Source of the DNA: Octopus vulgaris
Taxonomy: Eukaryota
Length of the DNA stretch: 64,000 nucleotides
NCBI GenBank assembly: GCA_951406725.2
Contig: OX597825.1
Span: forward strand, 67,704,001-67,768,000
Direction: 5' to 3'
Shown here one piece after another: positions 1 through 13,909 of this stretch. The translations under genes and the position numbers were made by a program. Numbering within the stretch: position 1 is the first letter of the stretch; each line of letters starts with the position of its first letter. Under the pieces are notes generated by a model. The model was given only the letters and a program-made list of their open reading frames with translations. It made no database searches and was not told the origin of the DNA.

Positions 1-128
1 CCACCGAGGTCGACTTTGCCTTTCATCCTTTCGGGTCAATGAAAATAAGTACCAGCTGATTACTGGGATCGATGTAATCGACTTACTCCATCCCAACGAA
101 ATTGCTGGCCTTGTGTCAAAATTTGAAG
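1..128 (+). mobile_element. SINE group A fragment (core + short tail), cut by window start
   Basis: Core gaggtcgactttgcctttcatcctttcggg...aagtaccag, shared with more than 15 other copies in the window. Confidence 0.85.
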
Positions 129-341
129 CCTATAACGTTGGCTAAATTTTATAAGCATGATTCTAATTTATTTTTAACGTTGTTGAAGCAATTATTTCTC
201 GTCTGAGTTCGAATCTCGGTGAAAAGGACCTTAAAATACGGTATTTCTACTTCAGTGGATACAGGTATATATGCCAGGCACTGTTATTCTAAAATGTTAC
301 GCAGATATTGCCTTCAGCACAAACCACCTTGCCTCGCATTC

Positions 342-343
<2 letters not shown>

Positions 344-405
<62 letters not shown>

Positions 406-406
406 T
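344..406. repeat. (CT)n microsatellite
   Basis: Direct reading. Confidence 0.98.
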
Positions 407-1350
407 TCCTCTTTCCTGGAAAATCATTTTCAGCTATCCTTATTATTGGAAAATATATGTCACTTTGTCAGTCTTACTAATGAAGGCTTTAATTTCCTTC
501 TTAACACACACACACATACACACACACACACCACATGCACACACAAGCAAGCAAACAAATACACTCGTACCATGGAACAATTGTCATTATGAGAGATGTA
601 TTTGCTATATTTTTCCATTAAAAATATTCCTTTGTGAATGTTTTATATTATATATTAATACCTTGTAGAATATCAGAGTGTCCAGTGTTGGCCAGGCCGA
701 GAGCGTGCGTATAACAGAAGACTTTCTAATAAAAAAAATATCTTTCGTATAAGAAATAGAATGGTGTTCACCATTTATAGCAGAAGTGTGTCTAAAGCAG
801 TCTTACAAATACGCACTCAGTATGAAGAGAAATCTCTTAATTTAATTTTGAAAATGGCAGATACCTAATTCTTGCATATTTAATAAGAACGCTGGATTAA
901 GTGAAAAGGAAAACAGCGCAATTTCACTTAACTTAATCCCGCGTTCTATTATAAAATATATTGCATTTTTTCTTCTTAAAATTCTTTAATTCCTTTAAAT
1001 AATTCCTTTTAATGAGAGAAAACTTGTGTGTCGGGAGGTTAAATATCCATGAAAATAAAATCATTCGTTAAACTGGAAGAAAGTAGAAAAAGCACGCACA
1101 ATCTCCAAGAACAATATCCTGCACCGATAAAGGTCATCATGGTATTTGAGCCGAAGCTGACGTAGATTGGATGGTTCACGGTATTGGCTGTTTGGGATAT
1201 AGAAGCTTTTGACACTGTAGCATCCTACAAAGAATAATTCTTCACATATTCAAGTCTAAAGATTTTTTTTTTTAATTTAGGTAGTGAAAACTTCGCCATT
1301 TGGCTAGTTGAAGATCTTGAAATGAATTTGGATCTCTTACTGCATAGAGA

Positions 1351-1701
1351 TGAGGAGAATGAGACCCACCCCTCTTCGGTCATGAATGACCATGGGATTG
1401 CACCTAGAAAGTTACCTTCCAAGGCACAAGTCAGGGCAAGATTCTTTGTGGAAGGCTAGCAGTCGCCCATGCATACCAGCCTCTCCTCTCCACACCACAG
1501 ATGTTATCCAAAGGAAATGCAAAGGCTGATACAGCTTGGCACCAGTGATGTCGGAACTCATTTCTACAGATGAGTTAACTGGAGCAACGTTAAATGAAGT
1601 GTCTTGCTCAAGAACACAACACACAGCCTGGTCCGGGAATCGAACTCACAACCTCACGATCGTAAGCTCTACGTTCTAACTACTGAACCATGCGCCTTCA
1701 C
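1351..1701 (-). mobile_element. tRNA-headed SINE, group C-type head with CORE-like segment and a distinct tail
   Basis: Minus strand begins gtgaaggcgcatggttcagtagttag...gttcgattccc (A/B boxes), then gtgttcttgagcaagacact; flanked by direct repeat actgcatagaga (1339-1350, 1700-1711). Confidence 0.8.
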
Positions 1702-1839
1702 TGCATAGAGAAGTTGTCATATAAATAAGCATTCATGCTTATTTAAAGGGACACGTTGATTTTTATGGTCTCCATTGCATGTTTATAATGTGAGGAGCAA
1801 TGCGCATGTGCAGGTTATGAAGATGTGCGTGTATATGTA

Positions 1840-2650
1840 CTGAGTGTAAATGTGTAGAAACAGAAAAGGGTTTGTGGGGCTGAGAAATGCATTGGAGGAT
1901 GTTTACTGGTGTATCAGAGTATTAGAAGAAGACGGTAGGATGAAGAACGTCAGAGTTAGAGGCTTCTAAAGTTTGTTTGGACAGAAACGATTTGATTTAC
2001 TGCTTCATCCCAGCAAGACAGTTAATGCTCATACGGTACCTTAATGTTTTACAGAGGATTCATTCTGCAAGAGATTGAAAAACTCTATAACGGTTGTATC
2101 TCTTAGACGTAGTGCTTTCTGTGCAGTGAAATAAACATGCGTGAAATAAACCCGTTGGTCATTTACCAAATGGAAAATGAGAAACGAATCGCCAAATGAC
2201 GAGTAGCTTTCATGAACAGAAAGGATAAAAATGCACCAAAAAGCTACGTTGTTGCTAATATATTATCTCTGTTAAAATCGAGGAACTGCACAGTGGATGT
2301 TTGACTGCGTTTAGAGCAACCGTTACGGGATTAGAATCCTTGCTCATATAATTGCAAAATTCTATTATAGGTTTTATTGAACTGCAACTCTCAAAATTGA
2401 TGAGAGCATTAAATATCTCGGCAGAAGCGTGCAGTAACTCAATTTGTTTCTGTCCAGTCCAAATTTAGAGGTCTCTAACCTTCGATGCACTCCATCTGTA
2501 AGAAAGATTATCATCATCTCATTACAACTTGTTTGACAGATCATAATACCGTCTTTTCTTAATACTCCGACACACTGATAAACATCCCATCCCCCTTTGC
2601 ATTTCACGAACCTTCCCTGTCTCTACGAGTTTATACGCATGCTAACACTT
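1840..2650. repeat. Old diverged inverted repeat (arms ~1840-2030 and ~2400-2650)
   Basis: ggatgtttactggtgtatcagagtattagaagaagacggta and ggacagaaac...ttaatgctc recur as reverse complements in the second arm. Confidence 0.6.
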
Positions 2651-2766
2651 ACACACGTGAATGCACACATGCACACATATGACATTGTATCTCATTTGCA
2701 TCACCAACACAGCAGCACATATACATACACCTCACATAATTTGCTTATGTATGATGCTCTACATAA

Positions 2767-3173
2767 TTCTTATTTCTTTATTGCCCACAAGGGACTAAAC
2801 ATAGAGGAGACAAACAAGGACAGACAAAGGGATTCAGTGGATTAAATCGACCCCAGTGCGTAACTGGTAATTAATTTATCGACCCCGAAAGGATGAAAGG
2901 CAAAGTCGACCTCGGCGGAATTTGAACTCAGAACGTAACGGTAGACGAAATACCGCTAAACATTTCGCCCGGCGTACTAACGTTTCTTATTTCTTCATTG
3001 CCCACAAGGGGCTAAACATAGAGGGGACAAACAAGGACAGACAAAGGGATTCAGTGGATTAAATCGCCCCCAGTGCGTAACTGGTACTTAATTTATCGAC
3101 CCCGAAAGGATGAAAGGCAAAGTCGGCCTCGGCGGAATTTGAACTTAGAACATAACGGCAGACGAAATACCGC
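2767..3173 (-). mobile_element. SINE group A head-to-tail dimer (long tail)
   Basis: Two tandem core+tail units; junction ...aagaaata/agaaacgttag near 2986. Confidence 0.9.
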
Positions 3174-3819
3174 ATCTAATGATGTAACGTCTCCATTAAT
3201 CAATAAAAAATTCGTTGGAAACAGCTGTAGTGGATTGACATATATATATATATATATATATATAAATTATATATATATTTGTGTGTGTGTACGTATGCAT
3301 GTTATATAAGTATATATATATACATATATATAAGTATATATATATACATATATATAAATACATATATATATGTCTGTTTGTTCGTATGTATGTATATTCG
3401 TTTAGTCTTGTCTAATCGAAATTATTTAATTACGTGGGCCTCACATTATTTTACAACGAAATATACAGCAATGTATTTGTAAGAATTCTGAGTGCTTCGA
3501 AATTCCTTTATTGATTAGCAGTAATTGAAATCTAAAATAATTGTTTCATCCGTAAACAGTATTTTTGAAAAATCCCGTTTTTTTTTGTTTTTTTTTTTTC
3601 ATTACTTATAAATTAAATTTTACATGATCCGTTATAATGCTTTCCGATAAAACTTTGAAAAGCGCTTGTTGAAAATATACAATGTTGTGCCAACATAGTT
3701 CGCATGTGAAAACTTTAATGCTTTTCGAATCTCGAATCTTGTGATTGAAATAGGATTCAAGAAATAGATTTAAACAAATACGGAAAAAAATATGAAATAT
3801 ATTATCAAAACTATATACA

Positions 3820-3820
<1 letters not shown>

Positions 3821-3880
<60 letters not shown>

Positions 3881-3910
3881 TGTGTGTGTGTGTGTGTGTG
3901 TATGTGTGTG
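3821..3910. repeat. (TG)n microsatellite
   Basis: Direct reading. Confidence 0.98.
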
Positions 3911-4019
3911 TAGGTCTGTTTATTGATTCCAGCAAACCAATTCTTTCAAAATTACAGACACTGTGAGGAAAAAAAATGTTTCAAGAAAGTCTGTTTCTGT
4001 TATATTTTTATTTCATATT

Positions 4020-4331
<312 letters not shown>

Positions 4332-4334
4332 AGT

Positions 4335-4630
4335 TATAAATGACAGAAATTTAATGATGAAAATTTAATTAACAATAAGTACATTCAAATATCATGACAA
4401 ATTGTTTCGTAGCTAATGTAAAGATAATTTATATTATTATATTTAATAATAAATAAATTACATCGATGCCTGCATTAATGCAAAATGGAAAAACGTTTTT
4501 TAAAAGCAATGCAAAAATTAAGCCGCATACTTTATATGTGCATTAAGTTACGAAACAATTGTCGTGATATTTGAAGTTTCTTATTGCTAAATAAATATTC
4601 ATCATACTATTTCTCTGTCATGTATAACTT
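4335..4630. repeat. Foldback / inverted repeat next to a (TA)n tract
   Basis: ttcaaatatcatgacaaattgtttcgtagctaatg vs cattaagttacgaaacaattgtcgtgatatttgaa. Confidence 0.75.
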
Positions 4631-4777
4631 TATACACTCCTTATCGTTTTCTCTTGTATCGTCCTATATATTCCATGTTTTGTGGAACGATGCATTAAGA
4701 AACTTTATGAGTACTACCGTATTACTTAAATCCATATATTGTGACTTAGATATATATTGTTGCTTTTATGCAAACAG

Positions 4778-5252
4778 TGGAGGCACATGGCCCAGTGTTT
4801 AGAGGGATTGCGGTTTCAAATCTCAGGCCGGACGGTGTGTTTGTTTATGAGCGAAAAACCTAAGCTCCACGCGGCTCTGGCAGAAGGCCAGCAATTTCAA
4901 GGAAGTGGGTAAGTCGATTACATCGACCATCCATCTTCATCTGGTACTTATTTTATGCACCCTGAAAGGATGAAGTGGAAGCACGCGGTCGAGGGATCGC
5001 GGGTTCGAATCTCAGACCGGGCGATGTGTGTGTTTATGAGCGAAAGCCCTAAGCTCCACGCGGCTCTGGCAGAAGATAATGGCGAAATTCTGCTGACTTT
5101 TTCGCCACAACTTTCTCTCCCTCTTTCCTTCTGCATCTAGCAGCTCACCTGCAACGGACTGGTGCCCCGTCCAGGTGGGGAACTATACGCCAATGAAACC
5201 AGAAAAACGGCCCTTATGAGTCAAGCATGGCTCGAGAAGGAACACCCAACAA
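4778..5252 (+). mobile_element. Composite: group C SINE head, inverted group A fragment (~4890-4978), then group C SINE with a cctgcaacggactgg-type tail
   Basis: ggaggcacatggcccagtg head; second copy matches 62202-62507 in reverse complement. Confidence 0.8.
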
Positions 5253-5884
5253 CGTTAAGCAAAGATATCGTAAGTCCAAAACTTAGCTTGTTCAGAAAAC
5301 GAAAAAATAGTTTCACCATTCCAATTCTTTTTACATTAGCAACAGTTTCAGCTTAACAATAATATTTTGTTGGGTGCATAAAATCGTAACTCCATAAATG
5401 TATGATATTTTCAGTGAGAAATATTTTTGTAAAACTGTCGTATGTGCTTACTACACTTTTGAAAACTGCTAACCCGTTGCGCTACACTTTGACAATTTTC
5501 AACTGACAGCTGGAGATACGATAGTTTGAACAAAAGAACCGGCTATTCCAACCCAAATGAAATATTGAAAAAAAAAACACACTTGGCCAAATTTGGATAT
5601 ACGACAGTTTAACATAATAGCAACATACATACATACATACATACATACATACATACATACATACATACAAATATGTTGGAATTGAGTAATTAACATCGTC
5701 ACTACTTTTCATTAGCATATCTCACAAAAATTGATTTTTTTTCATTATAATTAATGATGTCATATAATAGTCTGTTTAATCCTGCTTGGAAAATGTATGA
5801 CTTTGAATTATCTACGAATCTATATATATCGTTTTTCATAATCGTCAATTTATGTAATATTACATAGGTCTGATATTATCATCA

Positions 5885-6175
5885 AATTATTTTTTACTTT
5901 ATTTCCTCCATATGACAAATACAATGAAGCATTCTTTTTTTAATCTAAGCTCATTTATCAATTTTAAGTTTTCTTTAAAATTCAGTTTTTGTTTTTGATA
6001 CTACTTTATATTTTTAACATCTGTTTTTTTTCTTTTATTTCTTTCATATGACAAATACAATGAAAAATTATTTTTCTTTTTATTTACGCTCTTTAATTTT
6101 ATCAATTTTAACTTTTCTTTAGAAATTAGTTTTTGCTTTTGATATTACTTTGTGGTTTTAACATCTGTTTATTTT
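5885..6175. repeat. Diverged tandem duplication, ~140-bp unit x2
   Basis: catatgacaaatacaatgaa...ttttaacatctgttt occurs twice in tandem. Confidence 0.85.
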
Positions 6176-6379
6176 TCTAAATATTTGGTAAATAGCTCAC
6201 ACATTACACAGACGACAAGGTGCCAAATTCTCAGTCAAAATATTAACGGCATGCCTCACATATTCATGACTTCATTGTGTCCATGTTTAAATGAGTTAAC
6301 TTTTCTACACTGGAGGTGCATTTAAATTTAACGTTTAGTGAAATCTCTAAAATGTTTGCAACTTCCATAAAAAAAACAC

Positions 6380-6702
6380 TGGTACTTCGTTGGTTACGAC
6401 GATGAGTGGTCCGGTTGATCCGATCAACGGAACAGCTTGCTCGTAAAATTAACGTGCAAGTGACTGAGCACTCCACAGACACGTGTGCCCTTGACATAGT
6501 TTCCATAGAGATTCAGCGTGTTACGGAATGTGACAAGGCTGGCCCTCTGAAATGCAGGTACTACTCATTTTGCCAGCTGAGTAAGCCGGGGTAACGTGAA
6601 ATAAAGCGTCTTGCTCCCGAATGTAATACGTTGCCGAGAGTCGAACACACGATCGTAAGATCGGGAGACGAATACCCTAAAAACTAAGCTACACGCCTTC
6701 AC
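6380..6702 (-). mobile_element. tRNA-headed SINE with CORE-like middle and group C tail 1, degenerate
   Basis: ggttacgacgatgag...gagcactccacagacacgtgt matches 13073-13260; architecture as at 60572-60885. Confidence 0.8.
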
Positions 6703-6978
6703 AAGTCCTATAAACATAACATGTGAATGTGTATCTTTTATTTTTTATCTTTGACTTGTTTAAATCATTCGATTGCGGCCATGTTGGGGCGCAGACTTGT
6801 CGGGTTTACTAGGGTGAATCGCCCCCAGTAGTTATTTTTGCAAAGCCTAGAACTAATTCTATCAAATCCTTTTACGGGGTTTTAAATAAGCCAGGACAGG
6901 TCATCAAGGGATGACATGGTAGAAACACACACAGCCACGCACATACACATGCATACGGCGAAGTCATGGGGCTGCAGC

Positions 6979-7085
6979 ATGGCGGATTGTGAAGAGGCGG
7001 CGGAAGAGCTCAAAGAAGCCAACGGTGCTTCATACACTAATGCTGAGCGGAGGAATCCTAGATCAGGATTACCGAGCTGTATCAA
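6979..7085 (+). CDS. Candidate first coding exon of an unknown gene (MADCEEAAEELKEANGASYTNAERRNPRSGLPSCI...)
   Basis: GC-richer non-repeat island, gcagcATGG start context, open frame ending at ATCAA|GTAAGT consensus donor; no homology recognised. Confidence 0.3.
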
Positions 7086-8436
7086 GTAAGTTACTGCAAT
7101 GCATTCACTAGGGTGGCGTTCCTAGTTGTGTTATCAGCTAAGGAAAGACTCACTGACATCCAAGCCCCTAATTCAAATTCGTAATAATGGAATTAGATGG
7201 CGACAGTCATGGGAATTCGCGAAAGCAGCGACAAAGAATCTTCCGTTTTTGTTTGATGAGTTCTATATCAAACAACGTGTGATACTACAGGCGATGTATG
7301 TCACACATTTAAATTGCTTAAATGTTTTGGTTTTTATCTCAAAATATTTCATTTAATAGATTATAACACATAGAGAATAGTGTCTCGGTGGAAAGAAGTG
7401 TTCTTGTTTATGAAGTTCAACAAACAAAAATTAAAACTTAATCTAGTTTCTCAATACTAATTTACAATGTATGGGAGCTCGGATATGAACAATAGTCTAT
7501 ACTGGTGGTAGATATAGTTTTATGCTTCAGCTTGGAGTCAAGGATAAATTTTTCAGTAGATAGTTTAAAGTGTGTTGTTCTTTGATGTCATACAGCACAG
7601 ATTTGTTTGTTCTGTTTTACTTTATCATTCGTAGACAGTTTCTATATGACCATTATATCATAGAAATTATAGACCTTTGGCAATATTCTCTTTCGTTTCC
7701 TCAATGACCTGAAATTTTACTGTGTTCTATAAGTTTCATATTTGAATTCAAAGCTCTCATTGCTTCAGTAACGCTACATTGATGTTTTACATCGTTGTGG
7801 CTGAATGTTTGTGGTGAATTCTGATCACTAACAAGCCAAGTTAGCATGCAATATTTTTTATTAAAAAGTATCTTCAAAGTGGATTACTCAGAGATACCAT
7901 CTGTATGAAGGAAGAGTACTTAAGTTATTATAATATCCAAATATTAAAAATTTCATTATGAAGTCTTCTGCAACGAGGGAAATACAATATTAACTCAATG
8001 ACTAATGTTATTTTTATCACTTTGCCATCATATCATAGAAATATTTCTCTCGATCAATGATGAATTATTTTGGCTATCAAACTTTTACATGATCATTCAA
8101 AGTGTCTCTGTATTAATTGCTTTGTATATGAACATTAATGATGACATACATTTAATTATAAATGTATATTTATCTTTCCTATAGTGTTGAATACATAGAA
8201 AGGTTCTAGAAAGATGATTATCAATCATTTAAACATAAATACTTAGATTAACGTCTAAACGACAGATAAATGACAGTTACGAGAGAAACGGAGTAGGAAT
8301 GATTAAAATAAAAATATAATAATTTATATTCAACAGATTCGTGTAAATGCAAACGAGGAAATGCCTCTATTGCAGCAACTATCTCGGAAGAGAAATTCTT
8401 TTAAACAATCTCTCTGCAGCCTCAACCTAGTTTTTA

Positions 8437-8822
8437 TAGGCGCGGGAGTGGCTGTGTGGTAAGTAGCTTGCTAAACAGCCACATGGTTCCGGGTTCAGTC
8501 CCACTGCGTGGCATCTTGGGCAAGTGTCTTCTGCTATAGCCCCGGGTCGACCAATGCCTTGTGAGTGGATTTGGTAGACGGAAACTGAAAGAAGCCTGTC
8601 GTATATATGTATATATATATGTATATGTGTGTGTGTTTGTGTGTCTGTGTTTGTCCCCCTAGCATTGCTTGACAACCGATGCTGGTGTGTTTACGTCCCC
8701 GTCACTTAGCGGTTCGGCAAAAGAGACCGATAGAATAAGTACTGGGCTTACAAAGAATAAGTCGACTAAAGGCGGTGCTCCAGCATGGCCGCAATCAAAT
8801 GACTGAAACAAGTAAAAGAGTA
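8437..8822 (+). mobile_element. SINE group B, near full length
   Basis: taggcgcgggagtggctgtgtggtaag tRNA-like head, cttgggcaagtgtctt CORE-like segment, internal TA/TG microsatellite, tail ggcggtgctccagcatggcc...gtaaaagag. Confidence 0.9.
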
Positions 8823-9159
8823 TATCTGGGCTATGAATGAGGCCATCGGCTTTTAGGATACGTGTTATTTTTTACTATTAACATATTAGAACGACAGCTT
8901 TTAGTGTGGTTTGAACAACAGATTCATTTTCTGTTGCTAATGAAAGGCAAGGATACAGAGACACGTGTCCATTTGTCTGATTACAGTAGTCGTAGCCCTG
9001 TTCGTTGTGGTTTTGACACACATTGTCAAATAAGAAAATATCCCTTTAGAGGCAGTTACTTCAATAAAGAGCTTCCCACCTTCGAGTGTAGACGAACTTG
9101 TTAAATATAAATGAACACAGCTTTACAATTAAAAGCATTTGCAGTCAATTAAATTTCGT

Positions 9160-9335
9160 AGAAGGGGTTAAGTCGATTATATCGAACCCAGTAATCAACT
9201 GATACTTATTTTATCGCTCTCCGAAAGGATGAAAGGCAAAGTCAACCTCGGCGGAATGTGAACTCAGAACGTAAAGACAGACGAAATGTCACTAAAAATT
9301 TCTCTCGGCGTGCTATCGATTCAGCCAGCTCGCTA
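9160..9335 (-). mobile_element. SINE group A
   Basis: gaaaggatgaaaggcaaagtcaacctcggcggaatgtgaactcagaacg (reverse core). Confidence 0.85.
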
Positions 9336-11491
9336 TCTTATTTCTCAATACTTAATAACTAGTATTGATAGTCAACACTTGGCGTGGTTTGATCTCCGAA
9401 TCGCATGTGACGAAATTAGATATCATGAAAATTATACAATATACGTCTGTATTGATTATTCCCCGTTATTTTCCCATGTCTAAGAATAATACGCTAAATA
9501 ATTCTAGCACCGTACCTTCATCTTGTGAAACATCTTTGAAAATAAGAAATGTGCAATGAAATGCATCGAAACCCTTGCTAGAAAAGACTTAAACAATGAG
9601 AATTAATGAGGAAATAAAATCCAAGTGTTAACTTCGGTAGCTTGCACTGTTAAAACAATCATTACCATTACAAAATCTCTCGGAGCTTGTGAAGTAATTC
9701 CATAAACTCGTAAACAGCAATATAAATCACGAGAAAACATCTCTGTAACTGGTGGATACGATGCAAAAGGTGTAAAATGGTAAGTCAACGCGTAGTAATT
9801 GTCAGGTAATTGGAAACGCTGCTACAGCTCTTGCTTCGCTGATTAACACTCATTTGAAAAGAGAGCGTTCTGAGTAGAATTGATGCTGATTGTTTTAGAG
9901 ACCCAAAAGTGAAGAAAGGATAAATCACATTTATAGCACTGAAGCCGAGAATATCACGAAGTTACAAGATAAGATATAGTAATGTGTCCAGATAACATTA
10001 GTACTGCGCCGAATTCACATTTAATCAAAGCAAACAGGCAAAGTCAGTAAAAGAGATGTTTTTAAAGACTCGTATGATAACATAATAATTCTCTCTGACA
10101 CCAAAGCAAACAAAATTCTATTTGCTCTGAATAAATTTAGGAGACGATCGATTGAGAAATCATAAATATAAAGGCTAAGCCGTACGTCGATCGACTACGA
10201 GGCGTCCATGCCGATTGTTTAAGTAAATAGAACCACAGGCTGCTGATGTAAGTACACACAATCTGCTAGTCAAACAATCTGGCAAAAACAGCTAAATAGC
10301 CTTTATCAAGCAGGGATGACGAGAGGGTAAGAAGCAATGTAGAATCCTTAAGAGATCGTTAAGGATTTACAAAAGATCGAGAGAGCAAGCCTTGAGAATA
10401 AGAGATATACTAACTGCACATAATCAAATCTTGTGGGATTAGAATGCATGAAGAAGGTTCTATACATAACAATTATGTGCATATTTTAGTAAGGTTGGTA
10501 TTGGGGGAAAATGAAGAGTTTTCAGGAATATTTATATTGTATGCAAAAAAAATGAAAGTGAACAATGCGGAACAACTGTACATATACTTAAAATGAATCG
10601 TGTAAATGTATTCTGCAAATTTTGTATAGATTCCCTTACCCGAGACACCAGACTCTCGCTCTCAGTTCGAAAATTAAAACCCCTCCCAGTAGAGTTTGGT
10701 GGCTAATTCTTTTTTTTAGGTGATGTAAGTGTCGGTCTTCGTATATTCAGTTATGAATAAAATCAGTTACCAATGATGGTGGCTTTAGTTGTGTGAGAAA
10801 CATCAACGGACATCCGCAAGGACAGTTTCCTTTATCTGATAACTATCTCATTTGAGATGGAGATGATGAGTACGTTTTCTCAGATGTCGACGTAGGGTTA
10901 CAAAAATAATACATGTTCATCCAGCTAACTCTTATGAGATACCACAACGGTCATGTGACAAAGGGATTAACGTGTGGAAGGATGCTGTACAATGAATTGC
11001 CATGCTTAGACAGTGATAAATCTATCTAATGGTGGAAAGTAGGGATTACTGGAAACATATGTCAAGATTATTTAGAAAGCGAGTGTGACTTTCAGGGATG
11101 TTGTTAAATAACAATACAAACTGATACAGGAGGTTTACTGACAACCAGATCCCCTTCTTTGTCCTCAGTACAAACGCTGGTGCAGTTTGAGAGTCATAAT
11201 GGGGTGCAAGTATTGTCTTCATTGAGAATAAATGAAACTTTTGGATTAATATGAGATGGGAGAAATGCGTTTAATTTAGAGGATGGGATAGTCAAAATAC
11301 ATGATTGTGATGGAAGGACTTCGGGATACGTTAGAAAGCATTTGATCACAGAGGAATTAGGAAGAGAGATTTTCAGGTAGAGTGATAGAAAGGCAATGTT
11401 GATAACAATGATGAAAAAATGCATTTGGTTCTAAGCGTATCTACTAATTTTTGGAAATTTTAAAATTATGTAGCTATGTATATATATATAT

Positions 11492-11692
11492 ATTGATAAA
11501 AACGGTAAGATAACAAAAGAAAGAAAGAGACCTCGATATTATGGAAACAGAGGAATTTATCTGTAAATGTAATATGTGACAATTATTTTTTCATAGCGTT
11601 GTCCCGATGGCCGGATAACTGAAGAGATTGCGGCGTGAATTTCCACCTCGGCATCCTAAACTCGGAGTTTTATCATGGCTGCCGAATAATTG
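11492..11692 (+). mobile_element. Non-autonomous PLE-like mini-element (family H1) with an inverted terminal segment, in (TA)n
   Basis: Homologous to 20392-20608 and 31911-32290; 11492-11585 is the reverse complement of the family 3' end. Confidence 0.7.
11614..11674 (+). ncRNA. Type I hammerhead-like motif (H1), degenerate
   Basis: GAUAA-CUGAAGA-stem II (GAUUGCG..CGGCAUC)-UAAA (G12 lost)-CUCGGAG-UU-UUAUC. Confidence 0.5.
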
Positions 11693-11742
<50 letters not shown>

Positions 11743-11745
11743 AGG

Positions 11746-11787
<42 letters not shown>

Positions 11788-11800
11788 CATATATATATAT

Positions 11801-11846
<46 letters not shown>

Positions 11847-11869
11847 AAAGAAAGAAAGTGCACACACTT

Positions 11870-12110
11870 TACATAGTTGTAATATATGTTTTAATATATT
11901 TTATATTGTTTGTCGGCAGATTTCACTTTCGCTAGTCATGACATTGAAATTATTGTAATTTCGTGTTTTCTTAAGAAGATTTTAGTCCATGTTGTGTGAG
12001 GAAAAATTTATGAATGATTGATTCAACATGTAGAAAAATCTAAGGGGAGGTAATTGGTAATCGTTATAATTGGGGACAGGGGAGGTAATTGTTCATCTTC
12101 GGGGAGGGGA
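11870..12110 (+). repeat. Unclassified interspersed repeat; second copy inverted at ~50440-50700
   Basis: gtccatgttgtgtgag...aaggggaggtaattggt matches the reverse complement of 50507-50580. Confidence 0.6.
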
Positions 12111-13072
12111 TAGATATACGCAAAAACTCAAAAGATAAAGTAGTGAGAAAAATATGTAGGGTGATGGGTATGAGATCATGAATTAAAATATATACTGAGA
12201 TGAAAGTTAGTTATGCGTTCATGTTTAGACGTGTTCTGTATTTTTCGATAAACAAATTTTCTTTATTTAAATGTTTTTTTATGGAAATTGTTTCTTTGCA
12301 CTGAGAGATGGGGGGAAACTCTGAAGTTTGGTTGGATATTACCTACGCATCTCTCTATGTGTTCTCTGAAATGAATGGCACATGGAAACGATCAAGCGAA
12401 AAGGAAAAAACGATAAAAATACATGGAAATTCTCTCAGCAACCCTGGAGACAAATGTCGATTGCAGTTTCGGCTCATTTCAACCCTGAAGACTCTATATT
12501 TCATGATACTGATCATCTGGTTGTACCAGTCATGTGGGTAATATCACAGAGGTGATGGTAAAATAAGGACTAAATGTGAAGAACCACAACATGCAAGTAG
12601 GGCGAGAAATAATGAAACATCTAATGTTATATTATATATATGCGCCTGTTCATATATACACACAATTATACAAATGTAGACACATACACTCGTATACACA
12701 CACAAAAACATACACACACATACGTATGTACATACATACATAAATGAGGACTTACAGGCAGTAGTCTCTCGATCAGGCGCAAAGAGGCATACTCATCGAG
12801 AACTAACACAAAATAAATGAAAGGTTGAAGGCCTCGTATGGAAGGAGAGAAGGGCAAAAATCCAAGAGTAGCTGTCTGAACACAGCAGCTATCGGAAACC
12901 TGAATGGAAGAGTTATGAGATTTACCTGCAGTAGCGAGTAACAGAATTGTAAAAGATAGTAGATGGGGAACCAAGAAAAGGGCAGATAGGAAGACTGAAG
13001 AAATTTTGGATTGACAAGCCATAGTAGAGGTAACGAGAGAGAGGGAAAGAAAGAGAAGAATGAGTGTGAAAT

Positions 13073-13443
13073 GGGAAGCACTCCGTCGGTTACGACGATG
13101 AGGGTTCCGGTTGATCCGAATCAACGGAACAGCCTGCTCGTGAAATTAATGTGTAAGTGGCTGAGCACTCCACAGACACGTGCACCCTTAATGTAGTTCT
13201 CGGGGATATTCAGCGTGACACAGAGAGTGACAAGGCCGGCCCCTTGAAATACAGGTACAACAGAAACAGGAAGTAAGAGTGAGAGAAAGTTGTGGTGAAA
13301 GAGTACAGCAGGGATCACCACCACCCCCTGCCGGAGCTTCGTGGAGCTTTAGGTGTTTTCGCTCAATAAACACTCACAACGCCCGGTCTGGGAATCGAAA
13401 CCGCGAGTCCGCTGCCCTAACCACTGAGCCATTGCGCCTCCAC
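13073..13443 (-). mobile_element. SINE group C (tail 1), full length
   Basis: tRNA-like head ggaggcgcaatggctcagtggttagggcagcggactcgcgg; 11-bp TSD gagtgtgaaat (13062-13072, 13444-13454). Confidence 0.92.
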
Positions 13444-13909
13444 GAGTGTGAAATAGAGCAAAGAAAGAACCAAGGAAAGCAAAAATACAACAGAGACGGA
13501 TGGGAATTTCCAAATAGAACGAATAACAAGATAGAAATATTGTATAACAGTGAAAACAAGAGAGAAAAACAAAGGGAGAGATAAACAAGGAACGAGAGAG
13601 GAGAAACATTAAATGGCCACAGCAAGAGAGAGGAACATCGATAAATGGGTGAAAATGTTAAGAGAATGTGAATGCGATAAATGTAACATGGTAAAGATTA
13701 TCGGAAAAACACAGAAGAACAAATAAATTTCTTTCATTAGCCCTGGAGACTAGATTACAATCGCAATTTCGGTGCGGTTAAAGTTTAAAAGCTTTAAATT
13801 CCTAGCTACTACTCGGGTGGTTGCGAGAGTGATATAAAGGACATCACAAAGGTGATGGTCAAGCAAGGATTAAAAGTGAAAGACAACATACAGGTAAGAC
13901 TACTACATA

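Noticed and set aside
9560-11430. Possible ancient LINE or exons in purine-rich unique sequence
   Set aside because: Only vague peptide resemblance with many stops; cannot be supported by eye
13085-13155. Antisense SINE C tail ACGAUGAG...CUCGUGAAA as a hammerhead
   Set aside because: Lacks C3/U4, has extra bases before GAAA, and has no stem I/III closure
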